A stretch of 64,000 bases of DNA from Trueperaceae bacterium (GCA_965213705.1 OZ243913.1:128001-192000); one strand, 5' to 3'; numbered from the stretch's first letter, positions 10,451-20,372 are shown. Program-made: numbers and translations. Notes: generated by a model from the sequence alone, not told the origin.

Positions 10451-11711
10451 GGCTGTTCTCCCTGTCATAGCTGTAACGCACGGCGTCGCTGTAGTCGCTC
10501 CAGGTACCCGGATTGCGCTCTTCCCAACGGCGTTGCGCGTCACTGTGCACGTCGTCCCAGCTCATGCCCTTGGCGTTGTCTTCGTGGGCCAAGCGGCTGC
10601 CGAAGCGGTAAGCGGGCTCGTAGTATTCGTAGTCACGGCCCGAGTTGGCAAACGTCGTGGTGTAGTGGTTGCGGTACTCGTCCATTTCGTTGTCGTAGCC
10701 GGACGCCTGCACGGCGCGGTCACTCATGCCGATGTCCTCGACCTCGACCTCGGTGCGGCGCACGGTGTCACGAACCGTCTCGGTGTGCTCGGTCGCTTCT
10801 TTGTCGATGACCACTTCTTCGACGACTCTTGCCTGCTTGGAGACTACGGCCTCTTCGTGGCTTTCGGTCATCTCGATAGTTTTTTCCTCAAAGGCGTCGT
10901 CGGCGTCGGTGACGGCGCGGTCGACCGGACGGCGCTCGACGTGAACTTCCTCGTCACGCAGGGTGACTTGCTCCTCGACCGGCGTTTCGCGGACGTAGCT
11001 GCGGATGCGCTTGCCGCCCTCTTGGACTTGGCGCTTACCGACTTTGACGTCTTCTTCGACGATGGGAATCGCGTACTTCTCGCGATTGTCCATGACTTGC
11101 TCGGCGGAGTAGGGCTCGGCCTCGCGGTCGAACTCGGTGAAGCCTTCTTCTTTCCAGGCCGCCGCGCGCTCGTCGATGTCGACGGGGTTGTGCATGTTCA
11201 TGATGCGCTCGACGTCGTTGACGCGGTCGTCCTCGACGGTGAGCATCACCAGCGAGCCGCCGCGGCGCACGCCTTCAGAGTAGTAACCGGCTTCTTCTTC
11301 GGGAACGCCGTGGTTGACGAGTGCGCCCATAAGGCCGCCCGCCGCCGCGCCGATGCCCGCGCCGACCAAGGCCGACACGATAGGACCGGCCGCCAGCGCC
11401 GGACCGACGCCCGGAACGGCCAACAGGCCCAAGCCCATAAGTAGTCCGCCCAAACCGCCGATGGTCGCGCCGATGCCTGCGCCCGCCGCGGCACCCTCGC
11501 CCGAGGTCATCTCGTGGTCGTCGTAGTCCGCGTCGTAGTCGATGTCGGTGCGGTGCTGACCTTCTTCGTCGAAGTACTTGCCGTATTCCGCAGCCGACGC
11601 GTTGGCGGTAAAGCTGATTTGGTCGCGCTTGAAGCCGGCGTCGACTAAGTCTTCGACGGTGTCGCGCGCTTGCGAAATGTGGTCGTAAAGTCCTACAACT
11701 GTTTGTGCCAT
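10443..11711 (-). CDS. General stress protein, YflT-like N-terminus plus YsnF/AvaK (DUF2382) domain
   Basis: VVGLYD, Gly-zipper GAGIGA, EGVRRGG, IPIVEE.V.VGKR, EEAVVSKQARVVEEV motifs. Confidence 0.88.
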   Translation of the reverse strand: MAQTVVGLYDHISQARDTVEDLVDAGFKRDQISFTANASAAEYGKYFDEEGQHRTDIDYDADYDDHEMTSGEGAAAGAGIGATIGGLGGLLMGLGLLAVPGVGPALAAGPIVSALVGAGIGAAAGGLMGALVNHGVPEEEAGYYSEGVRRGGSLVMLTVEDDRVNDVERIMNMHNPVDIDERAAAWKEEGFTEFDREAEPYSAEQVMDNREKYAIPIVEEDVKVGKRQVQEGGKRIRSYVRETPVEEQVTLRDEEVHVERRPVDRAVTDADDAFEEKTIEMTESHEEAVVSKQARVVEEVVIDKEATEHTETVRDTVRRTEVEVEDIGMSDRAVQASGYDNEMDEYRNHYTTTFANSGRDYEYYEPAYRFGSRLAHEDNAKGMSWDDVHSDAQRRWEERNPGTWSDYSDAVRYSYDRENSRA

Positions 11712-11779
11712 GTGGTGTTGCCTCCCATAAAGTTAAGTGTGTAAAAGGGGTGTTCGGTCATCGCTGAATGGAGTCGTTG

Positions 11780-12409
11780 TTACTCCTCGTTCGGTGTTAC
11801 ATGACCATCGCCCCCCCCTTTGGTCGTTTGGGTACCCACGGCCCGCGTCGCTGATGCGGGCGTTCTCTCGACTTTGACCTCTTCTTCGCGCAAGGTCACG
11901 GTGTCGGTGTGCGTTCTCGTGGTGCGTTTGCGGGTAATACGGACCTCTTCTTTGAGGTACAGCTGTTTTGTCACGACCACCCGTTCTTCGACGATGGGGA
12001 TAATGGTGACGTCGCCTTCGGTGCGCATTTCGGCTTTGCCCTCGAGCACCCTGCCAACGGGCACGTGCTCGACGCTGACCTCTATGTCTTCCAACTCGAC
12101 ATTGACCGCTTCGGGCCGCTCGCGAACCGCGGTGTAGACACGGACCTGCTCGCTCACGACACGTTTGCCGATGTCCACTTCTTCGTGGACGACCGGGATA
12201 ACCTGTCGCGCCAGGGCCAACTCGCTTAAACTCAGCGGCAGCAAAAAGCTGTCGTCACCCTGCGCGACAAGTGTGTCACGCGGTAACTGGTACTCGTTGC
12301 CTTCAAACTCGACGACCACCATGTGCCCGTCCGCTGCGTCCAGTTCGCCCAACACACGACCCTGCGCACCGGTCTTGTCTACGACGGTAATTTCTCGTAA
12401 GTCAGCCAT
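11780..12409 (-). CDS. YsnF/AvaK (DUF2382) domain protein
   Basis: IPVVHEEVDIGKR, IIPIVEERVVVTKQLYLKEEVRI, VTLREEEV. Confidence 0.85.
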   Translation of the reverse strand: MADLREITVVDKTGAQGRVLGELDAADGHMVVVEFEGNEYQLPRDTLVAQGDDSFLLPLSLSELALARQVIPVVHEEVDIGKRVVSEQVRVYTAVRERPEAVNVELEDIEVSVEHVPVGRVLEGKAEMRTEGDVTIIPIVEERVVVTKQLYLKEEVRITRKRTTRTHTDTVTLREEEVKVERTPASATRAVGTQTTKGGGDGHVTPNEE

Positions 12410-12546
12410 CAAAAGAGCCAAACCAGCAGCAAAACGATGAGCGCCAGCACGACCAGACTGCTAACGATAATACTTACCGAAGGACCTTTGCGCTCCGGCG
12501 CTTGGTAGGTTTTAACGCCTTTTTTGTCTTCAGGTTTGTTCGCCAT
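12409..12546 (-). CDS. 45-aa single-pass membrane protein (absent from the ORF track)
   Basis: MANKPEDKKGVKTYQAPERKGPSVSIIVSSLVVLALIVLLLVWLF; GGGGAGG RBS; its TGA overlaps the next ATG (TGATG). Confidence 0.75.
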   Translation of the reverse strand: MANKPEDKKGVKTYQAPERKGPSVSIIVSSLVVLALIVLLLVWLF

Positions 12547-13037
12547 GCCGACACCTCCCCTTACTTTTTTTGCGGTGTATACGTTTCATGTTCTCGTTTG
12601 TCCCGTCTCTACCTGTCTCAAACTCCTAATCTATGCTTTTGTGACCAACGGGTGTTAAGTGTGGTGCATTTCGCTTTTTTTTTCTGTAGGCCAATCTTCA
12701 AACCCACAAACCAAAGAGACGTTTTTGGTGTGAGTACGAAAGCCGGTCCGACCCCGAACACGTGCGTTTGTCTACAGAAAGTTTGTTTGCAGAAAACTTC
12801 CTACACACCCTATAAGACCAGAAAGGACGAACGACGGGCAAGGCCCTAGCGTCACCCTGTTCTCACACCTCATTACCAGAGAAGCGAGTACCCCGATACC
12901 GACTCCGGTGAAGGAGTCGGTGGTAGGTTGGCGATGAGAAACAATAGGGAGAGCATAGCGAGAAGTGGCCACACGACCGGCGGACTTGAGGATGGCGCCG
13001 CAACTTGGGCCTCTTTTGGTCGGTTTGCGGGCAAGCC

Positions 13038-14108
13038 TCAGGGTCTGCCGGGCAATTCGACCGCTCCGTTCAGCACGTCTTCAACGTAGAGCATCTTGAC
13101 AAGTACCATAGCTACCGCTGCGAGCGGCGTGGCGACTAAAACACCGACAAACCCGAACAGCGCCCCGAGTACAAACACGGCCGTAAGCGACAGGACGGGC
13201 GGCAAGTCTACGGCCTTCTTTTGAACGACCGGCATGATTACGTTGCCCTCGAGCTGCTGAATCACAACGTAAAGGAGCGCCACATAAAGGGCTTGGGTCG
13301 GCCCCTCGGTCAAGGCTAAAAGTACGGCCGGTACCGCCGACAAAATCGGCCCGACGAAGGGGACAAATTCGGAGAGGCCGGCGATAAGACCCAGGACAAA
13401 AGCAAAAGGTACACCCAGCAGCCACAAACCGAGCCAGGTGAGGACGCCGATGAGGGTCATAGAGACCAACTGTCCCAACAACCAGCCCTGAACGGTCCGC
13501 CACAGTTCACTCATGACCTCGCGCACGCGCTCGTGACGAGGTTTGGCAAACAGCTTCACGACGCCGTCGCGGTAAAGGGTTGGATTTACGGCGATAAAAA
13601 GACCGACAAAAAGAAAAAAGATGACGTGTGCCACCCCGTTCCACAAGGTGGAGGCCGTACCGGTAAGGCGGGACACGACGCTGCCGGGACTGACATCGAA
13701 CCTCGAGAGGGAAAATTCGTCGGTTGCGGGCAGCTGCTCGACAAGGCGTTCTCCCCAGGAATACTGAGAAAGAAACCTTTCCACCTGGCTCAGCGAGTCG
13801 GGAAGCGTGTCGGCGAGCTGGGTCGCCTGACCTGCCAGCCTGGGACCGACGAGCCAACCCGCCCCTCCTAACAGCGCCAGCAGCAAGAGTACCGTAACGG
13901 CGAGCCCCCAGCGAGGCGAGAGGGGAAAGTGTCTGCTGAAAAAGTTGCCAAGGGTGCGCAAAAAGACAGCCAACAAGACGCCGGCGAAGATGTAGAGCAA
14001 AATGCTGGCCGCACGCCACGCCAAAAGAGCGAGCCCGAGGACGAGTACGCCCACGGCTACCCCGGCGGTCACACGCCAAAGATAGTCTCCCCGCGCAAGC
14101 TGATTCAT
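13038..14108 (-). CDS. AI-2E (PerM/UPF0118) family transporter
   Basis: Multi-TM; FVPFVGP, QQLEGNVIMP, GVLVATPLAA motifs. Confidence 0.9.
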   Translation of the reverse strand: MNQLARGDYLWRVTAGVAVGVLVLGLALLAWRAASILLYIFAGVLLAVFLRTLGNFFSRHFPLSPRWGLAVTVLLLLALLGGAGWLVGPRLAGQATQLADTLPDSLSQVERFLSQYSWGERLVEQLPATDEFSLSRFDVSPGSVVSRLTGTASTLWNGVAHVIFFLFVGLFIAVNPTLYRDGVVKLFAKPRHERVREVMSELWRTVQGWLLGQLVSMTLIGVLTWLGLWLLGVPFAFVLGLIAGLSEFVPFVGPILSAVPAVLLALTEGPTQALYVALLYVVIQQLEGNVIMPVVQKKAVDLPPVLSLTAVFVLGALFGFVGVLVATPLAAVAMVLVKMLYVEDVLNGAVELPGRP

Positions 14109-14245
14109 GGTTTAACCCCCCACTGTACCGCTACCATCCTAACAGCAACGCCCAAGCAACGCCCACAGCTCGCCGCGCCTGAGGCGAACATGCTGCTGAT
14201 TCACCAGGTCGACTTACCAGCCCACCGGGCGACGTGGTGGAGCGT

Positions 14246-14875
14246 TTATTCGCCGGAGCGAATATCTGCAAGCGTCTCCGCCTTGAAAGCGAACTTGTAG
14301 AACTCAGCGGTGCAGCCCTGTCCGGTCGGCGACTGAACGAGAAAACCCACCCGCGTCCCGGCCGACGCGTCCAGCGCGAACACCCTGATGAGGTGCCACT
14401 CCGCGCCGTTGAACGAATGGTGAAACGCGTAAGCCCGCCCCACACGCGAAACGCGCAAGTACGTCGCGTTCTCGTCCAAAAACAGCGAGTTGCAGTCGTC
14501 CGAGGTCCCTTTGGTGACCACCGACACGACCAGGGGGAAACCCTGCGGCTCGTATTCAAAACAGAGTTTGGCCCAGCTCTCGGCGCTCTGGTAGACGAGC
14601 AGCACGCCCGCGTCGAAACCGGCTTTGAACGCCACTTTGACCTTGGTACTGAAGACGAAGTCCCCCTCGGGCTCGAACACCAAGGCGGGCGCGTTGTCGA
14701 CCGGTAGCGCTCCCTGCGGGTCGCTGAACAGGTCAGTTTGCCCCGCTGCCGTGACGGTCAGGACTTCGCCGTCGAAGCTCCAGTCTTCAGGGGCCGAGCG
14801 CCAATAAAGCTCGAGCGGGAAAGCGGGCAGCCTGACGGGTTCCGTCGCGCCGTTCGGCGCAGGACTGTTTTTCAT
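14246..14875 (-). CDS. DUF1349 domain protein (ConA-like)
   Basis: TDLFSDP, FDAGVL, WAKLCFE, VVSVVT.G.SDDCN, QSPTG.GC; ATG 14875 lies 7 nt after TATGAT. Confidence 0.85.
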   Translation of the reverse strand: MKNSPAPNGATEPVRLPAFPLELYWRSAPEDWSFDGEVLTVTAAGQTDLFSDPQGALPVDNAPALVFEPEGDFVFSTKVKVAFKAGFDAGVLLVYQSAESWAKLCFEYEPQGFPLVVSVVTKGTSDDCNSLFLDENATYLRVSRVGRAYAFHHSFNGAEWHLIRVFALDASAGTRVGFLVQSPTGQGCTAEFYKFAFKAETLADIRSGE

Positions 14876-15070
14876 AAAACCTATCATAGCTCGCACCCCA
14901 CCGTGGAACCACGAGGAGCGGCGCAGGGTAGCGGTAATGCGTAGTCGCGTAGTCGTAAAGCGCGAACCGCTCAGCCACGTGCCCACCTCAGCCGCCCGCA
15001 CGCGTCGCCGTAGGGTGAACTAGGTGGGCGTGGTGACACCCTGCCGGAGCAGCCCCGAGGAAGCGCTTTG

Positions 15071-15225
15071 GTGCAGACGTTTCTCAGCAGTCTCGGCATC
15101 GGGCTCAGGACTTATCGTCGCCATCGGGGCGCAAAACGCTTTCGTGTTGCGGCAGGGGTTGAAAAAAGCACGTCGCGGCTGGGGTTGTAGTCTGCGCCCT
15201 GCGCGACTTCAGCCTTGTTTTTACG
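15071..15225 (+). pseudogene. Frameshifted, truncated LysE/ArgO amino-acid exporter remnant
   Basis: Three frames join into MQTFLSSLGIG / GLIVAIGAQNAFVLRQGLK / KHVAAGVVVCALRD, the LysE/ArgO N-terminal signature. Confidence 0.75.
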
Positions 15226-15284
15226 AAGCCAATCAACTCCAAAAAGCTGCACCACCTCGCATCCTAAGCCGAACCAGTGGTTAG

Positions 15285-15340
15285 AGTAAACCGGTAGTTA
15301 AGTAAACCGGCGGTTAAGTAAGCCGGTGGTTAGGTAAACC
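15285..15340 (+). repeat. 16-bp tandem repeat x3.5 (AGTAAACCGGYRGTTA)
   Basis: Directly visible, ends just before the AAGGAG RBS of the next gene. Confidence 0.85.
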
Positions 15341-15354
15341 AAAGGAGTTCGACC

Positions 15355-16353
15355 ATGCCCACCCTCGCCCTCGTCGGCGCAGCCCACATCCACACGCCCG
15401 ACTTTATCGACCGCCTGAACAAGCGGGACTCGGCACACGTCAAGTACGTCTTCGACCACGACAAAGCCAGGGCCGAAGCCGCCGCCGCCAAGCTCGGCGC
15501 GCAAACCGCCGAAGACGTGGACGCCGTTTGTTCCGACGCCGCTATAGAAGCCGTCGTCGTCTGCACGGAAACGAGCCGCCACGAAGAGGTCGTCATGCGA
15601 GCCGTGCAAGCGGGCAAACACCTGTTCGTCGAAAAACCGCTCGGCTTCGGGGCCGAGGACGCCTACCGGATGGCCCGTGCTGTCGACGACGCCGGCCTCC
15701 TCTTTCAAACGGGTTACTTTATGCGGGGTGAGCCGGTTCACCGCTTTTTGAAACAACAAGTCGAACAAGGCCACTTCGGCAAAATTACCCGCGTCCGCCA
15801 CTCGAACTGTCACGCGGGCGCGCTGGGCGGCTGGTTCGACAAGGATTGGCGTTGGATGGCTGACCCCGCGCGGGCGGGCGTCGGCGCGTTCGGCGACTTG
15901 GGCGCGCACTCGCTCGACATCTTGCTGTGGCTGTTCGGTGAGGTTGAAACCGTGACGGCGAGTATCCGTAGCGTCACAAACCGCTACCAAGGCTGCGACG
16001 AGTCCGGCGAGGGAATGCTGCGTTTCAAAAACGGTGCGGTGGGAACCCTGGCGGCGGGCTGGGTGGACGTGGCCGACCCGGTCAAGCTGCTCGTCAGCGG
16101 CACCGAGGGGCACGCCGTCGTCTTCAACGACACGCTCTACTACAAAAGTGCGCTCGTCGAGGGCGCGGACGGCGCGGCGTGGCGCGACCTGCCGAAAGCG
16201 TTGCCGCACGCCTTCGAGCTGTTTTTGGACGCGTTGGAAGGCAAAGACGCGGCCCTCGTCACGCCCGCGGAAGCCGCCTACCGCAACGCCGTGATGGCGG
16301 CGCTTTACAAAGGCAGCGAGACGACGACCTGGGTCGCGCCCCGCGCTTTTTGA
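15355..16353 (+). CDS. Gfo/Idh/MocA family oxidoreductase
   Basis: GKHLFVEKP, GAFGDLGAHSLD. Confidence 0.9.
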   Translation: MPTLALVGAAHIHTPDFIDRLNKRDSAHVKYVFDHDKARAEAAAAKLGAQTAEDVDAVCSDAAIEAVVVCTETSRHEEVVMRAVQAGKHLFVEKPLGFGAEDAYRMARAVDDAGLLFQTGYFMRGEPVHRFLKQQVEQGHFGKITRVRHSNCHAGALGGWFDKDWRWMADPARAGVGAFGDLGAHSLDILLWLFGEVETVTASIRSVTNRYQGCDESGEGMLRFKNGAVGTLAAGWVDVADPVKLLVSGTEGHAVVFNDTLYYKSALVEGADGAAWRDLPKALPHAFELFLDALEGKDAALVTPAEAAYRNAVMAALYKGSETTTWVAPRAF

Positions 16354-16419
16354 ACTTTGAAAAAGAGGCCGAGACCTCAGCGTTCTTTCGCGCTTCCCAA
16401 ACCGCTTGACCGGAACGCT

Positions 16420-17481
16420 CTAAAGCTCGAGCCGCACCTCCCGCCCTTCTTGCTGACTCTGGTAAACCGCGTCCAGAATTGCCAACACTTGCAACGATTG
16501 CTCGGGCGGCACCGGCGAGGGCCGGCCTTCGGCGAGGGCTCGAGCGAATTCAAAACACTCGAACGCGTGCGGCTCCATCTTGTCGGCAACTACTTCCAAG
16601 GTGCTGTTGTAAAGCTGCCTGGTCCTATAGTTCGAGGTCAGAAACTGCGCCGAGGGCCAGTGACAGCCGCCCTCGGTGCCGTAGAGCCACAGCTGCATGT
16701 CCTCGCTCTGGGTATCGTGGTGCAAGAGCCAACTCACTTCCAACACCAGCGTCGCGCCGTTCTCGAAGCGTACAAAGGCGGCGGCGAACTCTTCGACGTC
16801 CATGTCGGCCGGCATGTCGCCCTGGTGCCAGGCGCTGAACACGCCCTCTTGCCGCGCCAAGTTGCTGCGGGTCACGCCCGAAACGGTCACCGGCCTGGGG
16901 TTGCCCATCATCCACAGCGTCAGGTCGAGAATATGCACGCCGATGTCGATGCAGGCCCCGCCGCCCGAGTTTCTTTTGTAGACAAAGGTCGGCGTGGGGA
17001 TGTAGGCGTTGCGCCGCAACATCCAACCGCGCGCGTGGTACACGTCGCCGAGCATCCCCGCCTCGACCTCGCGCTTGACCGCCTGCGACACGCCCGAAAA
17101 CCGGAAGTGCTGCGCCGTCATCACTTCTTTGCCCGAGGCGTCCCGCGCCGCGATAATTTTTTCGACGTCCCGGGGCGTCGGGGCGAGCGGTTTTTCGCAG
17201 ATGACGTGTTTGCCCGCCTCCAGGGCGGCCACCACCAGCGGCGTGTGGTACATGTTCGGCGTGCAGATGTCTACGACGTCGATGTCGGGGTTTTCAAACA
17301 AGTCTTCGGGACGGGTCGTCAGGTTGCCGACGCCGTACTTCTGGCCCCAAACCTTCAGGGCGGCCTCGCTGAGGTCGGCCCCGGCGACGACTTCGGCGTG
17401 CTCCGACGCCGCCCAACCCGGCATGTGCGTCCGGTTGATACCGCCGACGCCGACCACGCCGACGTTAAGAATTTTGCTCAT
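16420..17481 (-). CDS. Gfo/Idh/MocA family oxidoreductase
   Basis: GVGG, GKHVICEKP, GGGACIDIGVHILD; ATG 17481 with GGAGG RBS. Confidence 0.9.
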   Translation of the reverse strand: MSKILNVGVVGVGGINRTHMPGWAASEHAEVVAGADLSEAALKVWGQKYGVGNLTTRPEDLFENPDIDVVDICTPNMYHTPLVVAALEAGKHVICEKPLAPTPRDVEKIIAARDASGKEVMTAQHFRFSGVSQAVKREVEAGMLGDVYHARGWMLRRNAYIPTPTFVYKRNSGGGACIDIGVHILDLTLWMMGNPRPVTVSGVTRSNLARQEGVFSAWHQGDMPADMDVEEFAAAFVRFENGATLVLEVSWLLHHDTQSEDMQLWLYGTEGGCHWPSAQFLTSNYRTRQLYNSTLEVVADKMEPHAFECFEFARALAEGRPSPVPPEQSLQVLAILDAVYQSQQEGREVRLEL

Positions 17482-17558
17482 CCACTGACCTCCAGAAACC
17501 ATTTGACCACAGGGACGAATTTCACGTCAGCAATATATTTCTCGCCTTGACCCGAGCC

Positions 17559-17614
17559 TTGACAAACCCACTATCTAGCATTACGATGTACTCAGCTACT
17601 TAGAAACGCTAGGG
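17559..17614 (+). promoter_or_regulatory. Sigma70-type promoter of the padR operon with two imperfect inverted repeats (putative PadR operators)
   Basis: TTGACA-17-TACGAT; TATCTAG-N5-CGATGTA and TACTTAG-N5-CTAGGGA overlap or follow it. Confidence 0.65.
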
Positions 17615-17621
17615 AGACGAC

Positions 17622-17951
17622 ATGGCGGACAAGAACTTACTTCGCGGCACCCTCGACCTCATCCTGCTGAGCATTTTGGAGGACGCGCCGAAGTACGGCC
17701 TCGAGATTATCGGCGAGGCCAAAACCCGCACCGACGGTTATTTCGAGTTTAGGGAAGGCAGTTTGTACCCGGCGCTGCACAGGCTCGAGAAGGCCAAGCA
17801 CATCAAGGGCGAATTCGCCCCGTCCGACAGCGGCGGGCCGCGGCGGCGCTACTACCACCTGACCGAAGCGGGTCAGAAACAGCTGCAAAAACAGCGCAAA
17901 GAGTTCGAGACGTTCAGCGACAAAGTTCAGGCGCTTTGGGGGACAAGATGA
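17622..17951 (+). CDS. PadR family transcriptional regulator
   Basis: LLRGTLDLILL, YGLEI, EGSLYPALHRLE, RRYYHLT..G. Confidence 0.95.
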   Translation: MADKNLLRGTLDLILLSILEDAPKYGLEIIGEAKTRTDGYFEFREGSLYPALHRLEKAKHIKGEFAPSDSGGPRRRYYHLTEAGQKQLQKQRKEFETFSDKVQALWGTR

Positions 17952-19168
17952 ACGAGGTCGAGAAATATCTCAAAAAGGCGACCAGGGGCCTTTGGGGCAG
18001 CAAGAAACGCGAAGTAAGGGAGGAGTTGGCAACGCACATCGAAGGGCGGGTCCAAGCGCACCGCATCGGCGGGTTGGACGAAGAAACGGCTGTGCAGCGC
18101 ACCCTGAGCGAACTCGGCAAGCCTGCGCAGGTGAGCGGTGGGATGATGACGCTCCACACGATGCCGTCGCTCATGGGGTTGGGGGCGCTTTTATCTACTG
18201 CGCTCGTCTTGAGCATCACGCTCATTTCGGGGGGCATGGCGCAGTCTGTACCGGGGACGTTTTACTGGCCTTCGAAAGAATGTGTCGACGCTTTTCAAAA
18301 AGGTACGGTGAGCAGCAGTCCGTTTCAGGACTTCATGAACAAAGTGTTCAATGACGACTGTCTTCAGGCAGACAACTCTCTATGGTTGAACTTCGACACG
18401 TTACGTCTCATTTTTGAGGAAGCTGGCATAAAAACTGATGAGGGAAAGAGAGTGGTAGGTCTACAGTTCCCGAACGGCGAAAATATAGCCTTCCCGCTTG
18501 GTAGTCCCAACGTTTCGGTCATGGGTGAGGACGACAAACCTATCCCTGTTGAGCAGGGTTACTTCGACCTTTGGGAACTCGTCAAGGCCGTTGCGTTGAA
18601 AAGCAACATCCCCTTGAGCTTTGAAGGCTGGGACAACCCCACCGTTCATATCGGTGATGCTTCGTTTCAAGTCGGTACGCCGGAACAACCTTTTCAAGGG
18701 GATGACTTTTACGAGAATTACCTCGAGAACGTACTGTTTACCGTCGCCGGACCCGTAAGTGGGAACTACGTCCAATTGGTCAACCCTCGTATAAGACGGT
18801 TAGCCAAATCCGAAGGTTTAGAGAGCTTCAACTGGGACGAAAGTTATGTAGCACCGGGCAAAGCTCGGCTGGACACCGAACCCACTTCAGGAATCTATGG
18901 TCTCATCGTGCTGTTAGACCTTCAGAGCCCTCAGGGTCACAAATTCACCGACGATGACCAACCCGATACGGCCCTTTACATGTCTCTGGCTCGAGCCAAC
19001 CCCGACGGCAGCATCAACCTCGAGTTGCCCAGCCAAGAAAAGATTCACTTCGTTAATACGTTTCACTCGCTCTCGAGACCGGGCGACGCCATGCTGGTCG
19101 AACTTGGGGCCAGTGCGGGCTCGTGGTTCAAGGGGGTTGCGCCTGAGCAAATAGGGCTCGAGAGGTGA
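17948..19168 (+). CDS. Permease-prefix/HAAS-like domain membrane protein with large ectodomain, paralog 1
   Basis: YLKKATRGL...EVREELATHI...ELGKPAQV then one TM; ATGA overlap with padR. Confidence 0.8.
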   Translation: MNEVEKYLKKATRGLWGSKKREVREELATHIEGRVQAHRIGGLDEETAVQRTLSELGKPAQVSGGMMTLHTMPSLMGLGALLSTALVLSITLISGGMAQSVPGTFYWPSKECVDAFQKGTVSSSPFQDFMNKVFNDDCLQADNSLWLNFDTLRLIFEEAGIKTDEGKRVVGLQFPNGENIAFPLGSPNVSVMGEDDKPIPVEQGYFDLWELVKAVALKSNIPLSFEGWDNPTVHIGDASFQVGTPEQPFQGDDFYENYLENVLFTVAGPVSGNYVQLVNPRIRRLAKSEGLESFNWDESYVAPGKARLDTEPTSGIYGLIVLLDLQSPQGHKFTDDDQPDTALYMSLARANPDGSINLELPSQEKIHFVNTFHSLSRPGDAMLVELGASAGSWFKGVAPEQIGLER

Positions 19169-19172
19169 CACG

Positions 19173-20372
19173 ATGAACAGCAAAATTGACAGATACCTGA
19201 GAAAAGCGACGCGGGGGTTGTGGGGCCGTAAAAAACGTGAGGTCAGAGAAGAATTAACAACACACATTGAAGGGCGCGTCCAAGCGCACCGCATCGGCGG
19301 AATGGATGAGGACACTGCCCTGCAACGAACACTTGCCGAACTCGGCCAGCCTGGGCAAGTTAACAGCGGGATGCTGAAGCTGCACGCGGGGCCGTCGTTG
19401 GCCGGGCTGGGCGCTTTACTCGTCTTGGTCTGCGCGCTTACGGTGACGCTGGTCTCGAGCAGCCTGGCGCAATCTCTGAATGTCAGCGAACAGCTTCCTA
19501 CACCTGCTTGCGCCGGCAGCTTCACAAGCACTGACGACGAATTCATCAGCGGACTTTGCAGCTTCTACGCAGGTGGCGTTTGGACAACCGTCGAAGCGCT
19601 TGAACAGGTGCTCGAGCCGCAAGGGGTCGAAGTCGTATCCAACCCTGACAGCCTTGTACTCACCTTTCCTGGAGAAACGAGACCCATCTTCATACCTGCA
19701 ACGTACGATTTCGGCTACCCGATAGTCGAAGACTATCCGCTAGATGAGTTAGCCGACGCTTTTCAGGTTTTGCCCGGTTACCTCCTGGTATGGGACGTTT
19801 TGGACCGTGTTGCTGCAAGTAGGGATTTGCCGCTCGAGGTTGAGGGCTGGGACAACCCGAACGTATGCCTCGCAAACATCACTTTTCAACTCGGTACGGC
19901 TGAAACAGTCGTTCAAAGCGGCAATTTTTATACACCCTACTTGGTAAAAGTGACAGAAAAACTTTTCTCTCCGGAGGCTAGCTCCGTCCCCTTACTTCCC
20001 TCTACTGTTTTTCCTTCGGACAAACTCCTTACCCGACAGTTGCGACTCGACGGCAAACCGGGCGACATCTACGGTGTCGTCAGCTATAGCGCTACCACCG
20101 TTGAACCCTGCACGGTGTTTCCAGTCGAAAAAGGGTACTGCGGTGGTTGGGCATCCTTCGACACCAGTTTTATCATCGACGTTGCACCTGCCGCGCAGGA
20201 CGGTTCGGTTACTTTCCAACTACCCAAAGCCGATGTTGCTCCAAGTTACGTCGCTCGTTTCAGCAATCGGCCTCGAGCGGGTGAGACGATGATTGTGCGC
20301 TTGACGGGCAAGGCCGACAGAAACGGGTACGGCTACGAGGTGGTTCCGCCGGAGCAGATAGAGCTCGAGTAA
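19173..20372 (+). CDS. Permease-prefix/HAAS-like domain membrane protein with large ectodomain, paralog 2
   Basis: Same N-terminal domain as paralog 1; shared EGWDNP and PEQIxLE motifs; GAGG RBS. Confidence 0.8.
   Translation: MNSKIDRYLRKATRGLWGRKKREVREELTTHIEGRVQAHRIGGMDEDTALQRTLAELGQPGQVNSGMLKLHAGPSLAGLGALLVLVCALTVTLVSSSLAQSLNVSEQLPTPACAGSFTSTDDEFISGLCSFYAGGVWTTVEALEQVLEPQGVEVVSNPDSLVLTFPGETRPIFIPATYDFGYPIVEDYPLDELADAFQVLPGYLLVWDVLDRVAASRDLPLEVEGWDNPNVCLANITFQLGTAETVVQSGNFYTPYLVKVTEKLFSPEASSVPLLPSTVFPSDKLLTRQLRLDGKPGDIYGVVSYSATTVEPCTVFPVEKGYCGGWASFDTSFIIDVAPAAQDGSVTFQLPKADVAPSYVARFSNRPRAGETMIVRLTGKADRNGYGYEVVPPEQIELE

Noticed and set aside
14890..15060. ArgP/LysG regulator remnant divergent from the lysE fragment
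   Set aside because: Only faint similarity by eye; needs BLASTx
15285..15340. Possible CRISPR array (also 62695-62742)
   Set aside because: Units are contiguous 16-mers with no spacers and there are no cas genes
17948..20372. Diversity-generating retroelement or shufflon behind the paralog variation
   Set aside because: No reverse transcriptase, template repeat or recombinase in the window; divergence is spread across the ectodomain
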